The notes below the pieces were generated by a model. It was not told the DNA's origin. It saw nothing but the letters and a program-made list of their open reading frames with translations, and did not search any database. A stretch of 64,000 nucleotides of DNA from an uncultured Gemmatimonadaceae bacterium (lineage in GTDB: Bacteria > Gemmatimonadota > Gemmatimonadetes > Gemmatimonadales > Gemmatimonadaceae). The DNA is taken from assembly GCA_963716745.1 (NCBI GenBank), contig OY970320.1, positions 2,592,001-2,656,000 of the forward strand, in the 5' to 3' direction. Below, in pieces: positions 40,761 to 50,503 of the stretch. The translations under genes were made by a program, and so were the position numbers. The stretch's first letter is position 1. Each line of letters begins with the position of its first letter.

Positions 40761-41384
40761 ATGCGCAAGAACAAGTGGCTGGCTCTCGTGCTCCCGCTCG
40801 CGATGGCGGGATGCGGCTACAACCGCATCCAGACCATGGACGAAGCGGCGAATTCCGCGCGCAGCCAGATCGAGGTGCAATTGCAGCGCCGCGCCGACCT
40901 GATCCCGAATCTCGTGAGCACGGTGAAGGGATACGCGGCGCACGAGGACGAAGTGTTCACGAAGGTCGCCGAGGCGCGCAGCGCGCTGGTGGGCGCGATC
41001 GGCACGCACGATCCCGAGCAAATGGCGGCGGCGAACGCGCAGACCACGAGCGCGCTCGGCCGGCTGCTCGCGATCTCGGAGAATTATCCGCAGCTCAAGG
41101 CGGACCAGAGTTTCATCCGCTTGCAGGATGAGCTGACGGGCACCGAGAACCGGATCGCCGTGGCGCGCAGCGATTACAATCAAGCCGCGCAGGCGTACAA
41201 CGCGTTCATCCGGCAATTCCCCACCGTGCTCACGGCGAAGGTGATCGGCGCGAAGGCGAAGCCATACTTCGAGACGCTCACCGCCGGCGCGGGCACCGCG
41301 CCCACCGTGGACTTCACGAAGCCGGGCGCGGCACCGCCGCCGGCGCCTGCTCCCGCACCGGCGCCGTCGAAGAAAGTGCCTTGA
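40761..41384 (+). CDS. lemA: LemA family protein
   Basis: GCGYN, QLQRRADLIPNLVSTVKGYA, ENYPQLKA, QDELTGTENRIAVAR. Confidence 0.95.
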   Translation: MRKNKWLALVLPLAMAGCGYNRIQTMDEAANSARSQIEVQLQRRADLIPNLVSTVKGYAAHEDEVFTKVAEARSALVGAIGTHDPEQMAAANAQTTSALGRLLAISENYPQLKADQSFIRLQDELTGTENRIAVARSDYNQAAQAYNAFIRQFPTVLTAKVIGAKAKPYFETLTAGAGTAPTVDFTKPGAAPPPAPAPAPAPSKKVP

Positions 41385-41396
41385 TCAAAGCAGTGG

Positions 41397-41450
41397 AGGC
41401 GTGAGTCGTGAGTCGTGCGTGAAGGCGTGACGCGAGAGTCGTTCGTGAGA
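41397..41450. repeat. Heptamer-type repeat (GAGTCGT)n downstream of lemA, inverted relative to the upstream copy
   Basis: ggcgtgagtcgtgagtcgtgcgtgaaggcgtgacgcgagagtcgttcgtga. Confidence 0.75.
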
Positions 41451-41452
41451 GC

Positions 41453-42043
41453 GTGCGTCAGGGTCGGGCGTGCTTGAGGGCGTGCGCGGTGGTGTTGATC
41501 GCCGCGTGCGCCGGCGGACCGCCGCCCGGTTCGCCGGGCGCGCCGCCTCCGGTCGTGCCGATCTTGTTCCCGCTCGTGATCGATTCCGTGCGATTCACGA
41601 GCGGATGGGGCGATGACCGTGAGGGCGGCCGCAGTCATCACGGCCAGGACATGTTCTGTCCCAAGTGGACGCCGATCATGGCGGTGGTGAACGGCACGGT
41701 GGACTGGATCCTCAGTGCACCGCCGAAGCAGCCGAAGGGCTACCACATCCTGCTGCGCGGCGATGACGGGAACGTCTATCTGTACGAGCATCTCAACAAC
41801 GACGATCCCGGCACGAGCGACAACAAGGGCGCGCCGCGCTATGCCTACGCGCGCAACCTGAAGAACGGCGACCGGGTGGAGGCCGGCGACATCATCGGGT
41901 ACGTCGGCGATTCCGGGAATGCCGAGAAGTGGGGCGCGCATCTCCACTTCGAGATCCACATTGGGAAGTGGGGGAATCCGGTGGACCCCGCGCCCTCATT
42001 GCACGCCGCCCTGGCGCGCCGCCGCGCGAATTCCTCGAATTAG
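41453..42043 (+). CDS. M23 family metallopeptidase (lipoprotein-like)
   Basis: HHGQD, YEHL, IGYVGDSGN, HLHFEI. Confidence 0.88.
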   Translation: MRQGRACLRACAVVLIAACAGGPPPGSPGAPPPVVPILFPLVIDSVRFTSGWGDDREGGRSHHGQDMFCPKWTPIMAVVNGTVDWILSAPPKQPKGYHILLRGDDGNVYLYEHLNNDDPGTSDNKGAPRYAYARNLKNGDRVEAGDIIGYVGDSGNAEKWGAHLHFEIHIGKWGNPVDPAPSLHAALARRRANSSN

Positions 42044-42093
42044 TGGATTCTTAGGATAGCGCAGGGGATTCTTACGATACGGCCGGGGCGTTC

Positions 42094-42122
42094 TTGACAG
42101 CCCTGTTACCAAGTCGTAAGCT
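42094..42122 (+). promoter_or_regulatory. Sigma-70 promoter of the second SusC/SusD locus
   Basis: TTGACA-17 nt-TAAGCT. Confidence 0.65.
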
Positions 42123-42278
42123 CGCGATGACAGACAGCTCCAGCCCGATCGATCGTACCGGATATACCGGTGCGCTCGCCGTTCTGGACCTCTGGAAAGG
42201 AGGTGCGGCCGACAGGACGTGTTACTCGAACGTTCCGGAAAGGTTCCGCAAATGAGTTCTCCAATCCAGGAGGCGCGT

Positions 42279-45200
42279 ATGAAGTGGCGAGTTCTGTCAG
42301 CGCTCGCGGTGCTTGCGCTGCTGCCCCTCGCGGCGGCGGCGCAACAAGAAGGGCTGATCACCGGCAAGGTGACCAGCGATGCCGGAGCTCCGGTGGCCGG
42401 CGCCCAGGTGTACATCGAGAAGATGAACCTCGGCACGCAGACGAAGGACGACGGCACGTACCGCATCGTGATCCCCGCCGGCCGCGCGAACAGCCAGCAG
42501 GCGTCGTTGAGCGTGAAGCTGATCGGGTTCAAGCCGAAGTCCGTGCTCATCGCGCTCAAGCCCACCACGCAGACCATGGACTTCGTGCTCGGCGCGCAGG
42601 CCGTGGTGCTGCAGCAGGTCGTGATCACCGGTGAAGGGATCATGACCACGAACGAGAAGCTCGGTGAGACCGTGAACACCGTGCACGCGGACGCGATCAC
42701 CGGATCCAACGAGACGAACGTGACCAACGCACTCTCGGGCAAGGCGCCGAACGTGCAAGTGCAATCGTCCTCGGGCGATCCGGGATCCTCCACATCGATC
42801 CAGATCCGCGGCCTCAAGTCCTTCACCGGCGACGGCCAGCCGCTGTTCGTCGTGGACGGCGTGCCGCTCGACAATTCGTCGGTGAGCACGGACCAGTACG
42901 CCATAGGCAATCAGGGGCAGGGCGTGGTCACGTCGAACCGCATTGCCGACGTCAATCCGAACGATATCGAATCGGTGACGATCCTGAAGGGCGCCGCGGC
43001 CGCCGCGATCTACGGCGCGCGTGCGTCGCAGGGCGTGGTGCTGATCACCACGAAGAGCGGCAAGTCGGGTCAGACGCGCTATTCGTTCACGAGCTCACTC
43101 TCGCTGAACGACGTCACCCAGGGTTACCCGTTGCAGACCACGTACGGGCTGGGCACGGACGGCGTGGCGGCGACCTGCGATGCCACGTCACTCCCGGGCA
43201 GCACCGACGGCGGCAGCGACTGCTCGATGAGCACCGCACGTTCATGGGGCCCGGCGCTGCCGGCCGGCACGACGACGTACGATCACTTCGGTGAGATGTT
43301 CACCACCGGTACGCTGTGGGACAACATCCTGTCGATGTCGGGCGGCGATGACCGCCGCAGCTTCTACTTCTCGGCGGGATACTCGGCGAACGCGGGCGAC
43401 GTGACCGGCAATCAGAACGACTACAACCGCGCGACCTTCAAGCTGAAGGGCTCGCAGATGATCGCCGACCAGATGCAGATCTCGGCGAACTTCAACTACG
43501 TGAACGTCACCGGCAATTTCATCCAGCGTGGCGACAACGTGGACGGCATCATGCTGGGCTCGCTGCGCACACCCGCGAACTTCAACAACTTCTACTACCT
43601 CGACAGCGCGTCCGGACTGCAGCGGGCGTTCCGGTATCCGAATCCGAGCGCCTTCTCCAGCACGACCGGCCGTGGATTCGATAACCCGATCTGGGTGGCG
43701 AATTCGATGCCGGCGACGCAGGACCTGAACCGCTTCTACGGCAACTTCATGTTCAACTGGACGCCGCAGGATTATCTGACCGTCCAGTGGACGCCGGGCG
43801 TCGACTACTACGCCGACCAGCGTTTGGAAGCGTTCCCGCTGACTTCCTCGGGATTCCCGACAGGGCAGATCTTCCGCACCGACATGAACAGCTTCATCGT
43901 GTCGAGCCTGCTGACGATCATCGGGTCGCATACGTTCAACCCGAACTTCTCGGGCACGATCACGCTGGGCAACGATCTCAACAGCCAGTCGTTCAACCAG
44001 AATTTCATTCAGGGCTTCACGCTCATTTCACCGCTTCCCTACACGATCAGCAACACCGTGAGCTGGTTCCCGAACGACGATGAGACGCTGGTGCACCGCC
44101 AGTCGTACTTCGCACAGGCGACCGCAGACCTGTGGGACCAGCTCTACCTCACCGCCGCGATCCGCAACGACGGCTTCTCGACCTTCGCCCAGAACGATCC
44201 GCGGGCGTGGTACCCGAAGGCGAGCGCGGCGTGGACGTTCACCAAGACCACGGGCACCCGCGACTGGCTCCAGTACGGCAAGTTGCGCGCGGCATACGGC
44301 GAGACGGGCAAGGAACCGCAGGCCTACTCGACCCTCAACAATTATCAGGTGAACAAGATCTACGAGTACGGCGGTGTCGGGTTCCTCAATAGCGTGTACG
44401 AGGGGATCCCGGGACTCACGTCTTCCACGAAACTCGGCAACGATGGGCTGCAGCCGGAGCGCTCGAAAGAGTGGGAGACGGGTTTCGACCTGGGCTTCTT
44501 CAATGGCATGTCGGACATGAGCTTCTCGTACTACAACAGCAAGACGTACGACGTGATCTTCCAGGTGCCGCTGCCTCCCTCGAGCGGTTACCAGAGCCAA
44601 GTGCAGAACGGCGCGACGATCTCGAACAAGGGCTACGAGGTCCAGTGGAACTTCAATTCCAAGCCGCAGGCGAATATGCAGTGGTCGCTTGGCCTGCTCT
44701 GGGCGCAGAACCGGAACAACGTCGATGCCATCCACAACGCATTCGATCGTCTTCCTGCCCAACTCCATCGTGAACGCGGTCGCGATCGTCGGGTCGCCCG
44801 TGGGTTCGATCTACGGATATGACTTCTATCGCTGCGGCAAGGGCGAGACCGTCGCCAATGTCGACATCGACAACACGCCGACGTCGGGTGGCGGCTGCGG
44901 TACGGGCTACGCCAAGAACGCCATGTATATCGGCGCCGATGGCTTCCCGATCATCAATACCGATTCGAACATCCCGCTGGGCAGCGCCCAGCCGAACTGG
45001 ACGGGCGCGATCCGCGGTTCCCTCACGCCGATCAAGAACCTCCAGTTCTCGTTCCTGTTCGACATTCGCAATGGGAGCCAGGCCTACAACGGCACCCGCG
45101 GCGCGCTGTACGTGTATGGCACGCACAGAGACACCGATGTTCGCGGCCAGAACCTGATCTTCGGCACGTCGATCGATCCGGGCGCAGTCGCCGGACCGGG

Positions 45201-45534
45201 CGCCGGGCAGGCCGTACTCATCGACGCGAACTGGTTCCAGGGAGACGGCGGGTCGTTCGGCAACAACACCGCCAGCTTCGTGGAAGACGCCGGATTCACC
45301 AAGCTCCGCGAGATCGCCCTCGCTTACACCTGGGATGGCCGCTGGGTGACGCACAACCTTGGCCTGAGCAGCCTTCAGCTGCGCGTCGCCGGCCGAAACC
45401 TGTACACATGGACCAAGTACACCGGCATCGACCCCGAATTCAATCTCGAGGGCGTAGCGCTGGTGCAGGGTGTGGACTGGTTCAGCAATCCGCAGGCGCG
45501 TTCGTTCGTGATGTCCATCACCCTCAACCGCTAA
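42279..45534 (+). CDS. SusC/RagA family TonB-dependent receptor (second copy), frameshift near 44742
   Basis: Collinear with 20227-23466 (plug QPLFVVDG, NPNDIESVTILKGAAAAAIYG, GRNLYTWTKYTGIDPE); removing one T joins ORFs 42219-44822 and 44689-45534. Confidence 0.92.
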
Positions 45535-45549
45535 CCAGAGGTGAGCACA

Positions 45550-47005
45550 ATGAAGAAGCAACTCAAGCTCGCACTGGCAGCGGCGAGTTCGGTGCTGCTG
45601 CTGGCCGCCTGTACGGACTTCCTCAAGGGTCCTGGGCTGAACAACAATCCCAACCAGCCGACGTCCGCCACGGCCGACCAGCTCTGGGTCGGTTCGCAGG
45701 TGGCGGTGATGGCGCAGTGGGAGAACTATCCGTTCATGCTGTTCTTCCTGTGGGCGCAGCAGATCTCCGGCGTGAACCGGCAGTGGCAGAACTACGCACG
45801 CTTCCAGGCCGGGACCGATCAGAACACCGCCGATGGCGCTTTCAACCAGACGTACGGCCCCGGCGGGCTCGTGGATCTGCGGCAAGTGGATACCCTGACC
45901 ACCAAGAGCGGCAATCTGAAGATGCGTGGTGAGTCGGAGGTGCTCGAGGCGCTGTACATCGGAACGGCCGCCGACATCTTCGGCGCGATCCCGTACAGCA
46001 ACGCGCTCACCGCGCAGCCGACGTACGACGCGCAGGCAACAGTGTACGATGAGGTGCAGACGACGCTGAACAACGCGATCAACGACCTCAACAGCGCGCC
46101 GTCCACGGCGAACGCCGGACCGGTGGCCGACTTCTTCTACACCAACGACTACACGAAGTGGGTCGCGGCCGCGAACACGCTAAAGGCGCGGTTCTTCATG
46201 CACACCGCGCGCACGGGCACTACGACATACAGCGCGGCGATCCTCGACTCTGTGATCAAGTACACGCAGATCGGGATCTCCAGCTCGGCAGGCGATCTGT
46301 CCACGACCCACACGGGAACGCCGGGAGAACAGAACCTGTTCTTCAGCTTCCTGTTCAGCCGTCAGGGCGACGTGGAGCCGAGTGCGATGCACATCAATCT
46401 GATCAAGCAGGCTGGTGAGACGGGGCTGCTGGCCGTCTACTACCTGCCGAATTCAAGTGACAGCACGTTCGGCTCGGCGCCTGACGCGTCGTTGCCGGGT
46501 GTGGCGGCGTTCGCGACACAAGCCACGACGCCGGTGCCGATCGTCACGTACGTCGAGAACCAGAATGCTGTTGGCGGAAGCCAACCTCATCAACGGCACG
46601 TCGGTGGGCGGTACGCCGCTGGCGATCCTGAATGCGTATCGTGCGACCGTGGGAGGTGCGGCGCTCGCTTCATCGGGCGCGGTGCTCCACCAGAATATCA
46701 TTCGTGAGAAGTACATCCACATCTTCTTCAATGTCGAAGTGTGGGATGACTACCTCCGCACCTGCTATCCGAACGTGCCGACGACGCCGAATATGATCTC
46801 GCCGGGTGGAAGCGTGGGGCCGTATGTGCCCGCGCGGTTGCCGATCGGCATCACGGAACAGTCGGCCAATCCGAACGTTCCGGCGACCGTTCCGGGCGGA
46901 CAGCCGATGAACGGGAACAACGCCGCGAATCCGACCAATCCGAAGAATCTGGTGGATCTGGTTGGAGCGGCATGCGTCGGGCAAGTGAACCGGCCGGGGA
47001 CTTGA
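45550..47005 (+). CDS. SusD/RagB family lipoprotein (second copy), frameshift near 46564
   Basis: Lipobox LAAC, NNPN, DIFGAIPY, NTLKARF, then EKYIHIF...EVWDDYLR in the shifted frame. Confidence 0.88.
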
Positions 47006-47031
47006 GATCCCGGTAGTTCGACGAACGAAAT

Positions 47032-47067
47032 GAAAGAGCCCGGGTCGATGCTGACCCGGGCTTTTTC
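47032..47067. terminator. Intrinsic terminator
   Basis: AGCCCGGGTC-gatgct-GACCCGGGCT followed by TTTT. Confidence 0.85.
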
Positions 47068-47081
47068 ACATCCTGCGAACC

Positions 47082-47342
47082 CGAACGGCGTGAGTCGAAC
47101 CCCGAACACCGTGACTCGTAACCCTGACGCCGTGAGTGCCGAGTCGTGCGTCGTACTGACTGTGATGCGTGTGTGGTACCCCGAACTCCGTGCGTCGCGC
47201 CCCGAACGCCGTGAGTGACTCACGACGCACGGAGTTCAGGGGTGCGAGTCACGCCGTACAGTCAGTACGACGCACGACTCGGTACTCACGGTGTTCGGGG
47301 TACGACGAACGGCGTTGGGGGTACGACTCACGCCGTTCGTAG
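47082..47342. repeat. Large imperfect palindrome with 21-bp subunits (copy C)
   Basis: Arms of ~120 bp; begins CGAACGGCGTGAGTCG, ends CGACTCACGCCGTTCGTAG; shares GAGT(A/G)CCGAGTCGTGCGT with copies A and B. Confidence 0.9.
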
Positions 47343-48230
47343 TCAGTCGGGGATCGCCGTGCCGGGAAGGACGTACGTGAGTGGATCCACCGCACGTCCG
47401 TTCACGTGGATCTCATAATGCAGATGCGGCCCGGTGGAGAGTCCCGTGTTGCCAACGTTCGCGATCACCTGGCCGCGCTTCACCTTCTGGCCGGGGCGCA
47501 CGACGATGCGCGAGCAGTGCGCATACTTCGTGGTGATGCCGAAGCCGTGATCGATCTCGAGCACGTTGCCGTAGCCCGTTTCGCGGCGCACCGCCATCAC
47601 GACGCCGCCCGCGGGCGCGACGATCGGCGCGCCCATCGGCGCGCTCACGTCGATGCCCTCGTGCGGCCGCGCGATGTGCAGGATCGGATGGAATCGCGAG
47701 CGGCTGAAGCTGCTCGAGAGCCAGCCGGCGGTCGGCATGATGCTCGGGATCGACTGGAATTTCGCGGCGCCGGCGCGGAGCGTGTCGGACACTTCGGCGA
47801 AGCTCGCCGAGAGCGTCTTGGCGCGTACGATCATCCCGTCGATGTCGGGCTGGTCGGTGTTGAGTCCGAGCGCGGTCAGGCCACGCTTCGTGGAATCGTG
47901 GCGCGCGGCGTACGTGTCATCCGAAGAAAGGCCCGCGAGGAGCCGGATCTCCGTGTCGCGCCGGTCGATCTCATCAAGCGTTCCGGTGAGCGTGTCGATC
48001 TGCGCGCGCAGCGTCGTGACCGCCGCGCGCAAGCTCGCGTCGTCCTGCCCGCGCGCGAAGCTGCTGATGCTGTGGATGCCGATCGTCACCCCGACCACCG
48101 CCGCGAGTGCCAGCGCGCCGAGTCCGGCCACGAGCCAACGCGCGCCCCGCTCCGAAAGCTGGAGCTGGCGCGGCGCACGTTCCCCACCATGGGGGACGAG
48201 GAGGATGGTCCAGCGGCGGGGAGAGTTCAA
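47343..48230 (-). CDS. M23 family metallopeptidase (MepM/NlpD-like)
   Basis: N-terminal TM, coiled coil, HEGID, TKYAHC, VGNTGLSTGPHLHYE. Confidence 0.92.
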   Translation of the reverse strand: MNSPRRWTILLVPHGGERAPRQLQLSERGARWLVAGLGALALAAVVGVTIGIHSISSFARGQDDASLRAAVTTLRAQIDTLTGTLDEIDRRDTEIRLLAGLSSDDTYAARHDSTKRGLTALGLNTDQPDIDGMIVRAKTLSASFAEVSDTLRAGAAKFQSIPSIMPTAGWLSSSFSRSRFHPILHIARPHEGIDVSAPMGAPIVAPAGGVVMAVRRETGYGNVLEIDHGFGITTKYAHCSRIVVRPGQKVKRGQVIANVGNTGLSTGPHLHYEIHVNGRAVDPLTYVLPGTAIPD

Positions 48231-48232
48231 AC

Positions 48233-48372
48233 TACTCGGGATTCGGGACTCGGGACTCGGGGGTACAAAACTACACCCTTAAGACTCCCGGCGGGAGACG
48301 GCCGTCACGGCTGTTACGCAGCCGGACGGCGCCGTTTTTGAGTCCCGAGTCCCGAGCGCCGAGTCCCGGTAG
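48233..48372. repeat. Inverted heptamer repeats (GGGACTC)n ... (GAGTCCC)n flanking a ~78-bp spacer
   Basis: tactcgggattcgggactcgggactcggg ... gagtcccgagtcccgagcgccgagtcccggtag; occupies the entire intergenic region. Confidence 0.85.
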
Positions 48373-49041
48373 TTATTGGTACAGCGCCGGGAATTCCTTC
48401 TTCAGCGCCTCGACCTTCGGAATGTCGTTGTACACGATGTACGGCTGGTCGGGGTGCTTATCGAGGTATCCCTGATGATAGTCCTCCGCCTTGTAGAACT
48501 TCTTCAGCGGAGTGACCTCCGTCACGATCTTGCCGCTGAACGTCTTTGCGGCCGTGAGCTGCGCAATGTAGGCCTTCGCGACACTCTCCTGCTCGGGCGT
48601 CATGTAGAAGATCGCCGAGCGGTACTGCGTGCCGTGGTCGGGGCCCTGGTAGTTGAGTTCAGTGGGATTGTGCGCGACCGAGAAGAACACCTTGAGCAGA
48701 TCGCCGTAGGTGACTTGGCTCGGATCGTAGATGACCTGCACCGATTCCGCGTGGCCCGTGGTGCCCGTGCTCACCGTCTCATAGTCGGCCGTGCCCGCTT
48801 CGCCGCCGGCGTAGCCGGAGGTGGAGGAGATCACGCCCTTCACATGCTCGAACACCGCCTGGATCCCCCAGAAGCAGCCGCCGGCGAAGACAGCCGTGTC
48901 GCGGCCGGGGGCTGTGGTCAGCGCGGTATTCTTTTCAGGATCGGGGACGGGAACGGTCGCGCCGGCTACTCCACAGCCCATGGCGAGGGCGAGGGGGAGC
49001 ATGGCAAACATCATGAGGAAATGAGGGAGGGTGGTACGCAT
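48373..49041 (-). CDS. msrA: Peptide-methionine (S)-S-oxide reductase MsrA with export signal
   Basis: FAGGCFWG, GYAGG, TGHAE, QGPDHGTQYRS, AEDYHQ; hydrophobic N-terminus. Confidence 0.95.
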   Translation of the reverse strand: MRTTLPHFLMMFAMLPLALAMGCGVAGATVPVPDPEKNTALTTAPGRDTAVFAGGCFWGIQAVFEHVKGVISSTSGYAGGEAGTADYETVSTGTTGHAESVQVIYDPSQVTYGDLLKVFFSVAHNPTELNYQGPDHGTQYRSAIFYMTPEQESVAKAYIAQLTAAKTFSGKIVTEVTPLKKFYKAEDYHQGYLDKHPDQPYIVYNDIPKVEALKKEFPALYQ

Positions 49042-49110
49042 CTTAATGATCCTCGGAATTGATGGTCGACTGCATTGTATCAACACTTCTCGAGTGGGGC
49101 GAGTTCCGAC

Positions 49111-49789
49111 TTACCGCTAACGGCGGGGTTGGTACCGCTAACGGCGTGTGTGGCGTTGGCGTTGGGAATGCGAGCGCCGGTCAGACCGCGAAATGCCTCT
49201 CAACGCAGAAACATGGTGCCAGAACGCTCATTGCTCAGCGATATCATTGGCTCCTCGCGTAAAGCGGAGGAGCCGGTTGAGCTACGCAGCGTGGGAGTCG
49301 TCAATTCCCGCCGAAGTGCGCGCGGATCCGCTCTGGGGACTGCGGGTGTACCGTGCGGCCCTTTATGCGGGTGATCTCGGGCGCCGCGAGCATGCTGGCT
49401 TGCGCGAAAACCCGGGTTCGCAGACCTTGCCCCGCAATTGGTGCGCGCGACCGGATCGATCAGCGCGAACATCGCCGAAGGATACGGCCGCAATGGCCGC
49501 AAGGATCGCCTGCGATTCTACTGCTTACGCGCTCGGTTCTGCTCGTGAATCGCGCGACTGGTACTACAAGGCACGCGACGCGCTCGGCGCACCGCGCTAC
49601 ACAAGCTCGCATGTCGCTCCACACGTCGATCATTCGCATCATGACCAAGCTTCTGCGCAAGCCGAGCGCCGTCGCACCGCCAGAGCCAGAACAGGCCGAC
49701 TCCTGATCGCAGTCCCCAACGCCAACGCTAGACACGAATCTTGCGGTTCCAACCCCGCCGTCAGCGGTACCAGTCCCGCCGTCAGCGGT
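49111..49789. mobile_element. Putative insertion element: four-helix-bundle gene flanked by inverted repeats of 21-bp units
   Basis: Left end 49111-49173 (ACCGCTAACGGCGGGGTTGGT, repeated in part, then GTGTGTGGCGTTGGCGTTGGG) matches the reverse complement of 49707-49789; interrupts the co-oriented msrB-msrA pair. Mobility is inferred, not shown. Confidence 0.55.
49277..49706 (+). pseudogene. Four helix bundle protein (23S rRNA IVP / Avd-like family), at least three frameshifts (pseudogene or sequencing errors)
   Basis: GGAGG plus TTG start; stitched frames give LSYAAWESSIPAEVRADPLWGLRVYRAALY / DLAPQLVRATGSISANIAEGYGRNGRKDRLRFY / YALGSARESRDWYYKARDALG / RMSLHTSIIRIMTKLL. QxxRAxxSIxxNIAEG and ALGSaxE are family hallmarks. 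Confidence 0.8.
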
Positions 49790-50404
49790 CAGGCAGTAGC
49801 GAGCTTCACGAACTTCAGCGCCACTGAATTAATGCAGTACCTCAACCCAGTCGGCTTCGGCCCGTCTTCGAATACATGCCCTTGATGCCCATCACATCGC
49901 TTGCACTTGATCTCCGCCAGCGCACCATAGCCGGTGTACGGCGTCTCCAGCACATTCTCTTTCGCGATCGGCTGCCAGAAGCTCGGCCATCCGGTGCCCG
50001 AATCGAACTTGTTGGCGGAGCTGAACAGCGCGGTATCGCAATCGAATGCACCGGTAGATCCCGACATCCTTGAATTCGTCGTACTGCCCCGTGAACGCGC
50101 GCTCGGTGCCTTCCTGCCGTGTGACAATGTACGACTCGGGCGAGAGCTGCGTGCGCCACTCGGCGTCGGTTTTCACCACCTTCGGTACCTTTTTCGCGCC
50201 GAGGTTCTTGCCGTCGGCGCCGAATTCGACGATCAGCACGTCGGTCATTGGAGTGATCTCGGTCTCGGTCATGGTCTGGGCGGGGATCCGGCGGCGGAAC
50301 GCCGCGAGCATCGCGGTGGCCGCCAGCACGCCGCCAGCCGCGAGGAACGCGCGGCGCGTGGAGGGAGCGAACTTGGGGTCGCTCCCCTGATCGGGATTGG
50401 TCAT
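49789..50404 (-). CDS. msrB: Peptide-methionine (R)-S-oxide reductase MsrB with Tat signal, frameshift near 50046
   Basis: STRRAFL twin-arginine signal; [38 protein letters not shown]; removing one base gives YRCIDCDTALF. Confidence 0.92.
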
Positions 50405-50503
50405 CGTTGTGTTGGATGGTGGTCTTGGTACGCCATATGAATACATACGCTCGCCGCAGGTTCCCGGATTGACAACCTCCGAAATCCCTCCGACATCATA
50501 GCA

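Noticed and set aside
49111..49789. Diversity-generating retroelement suggested by the Avd-like fold
   Set aside because: No reverse transcriptase and no template/variable repeat pair differing at adenines in the window.
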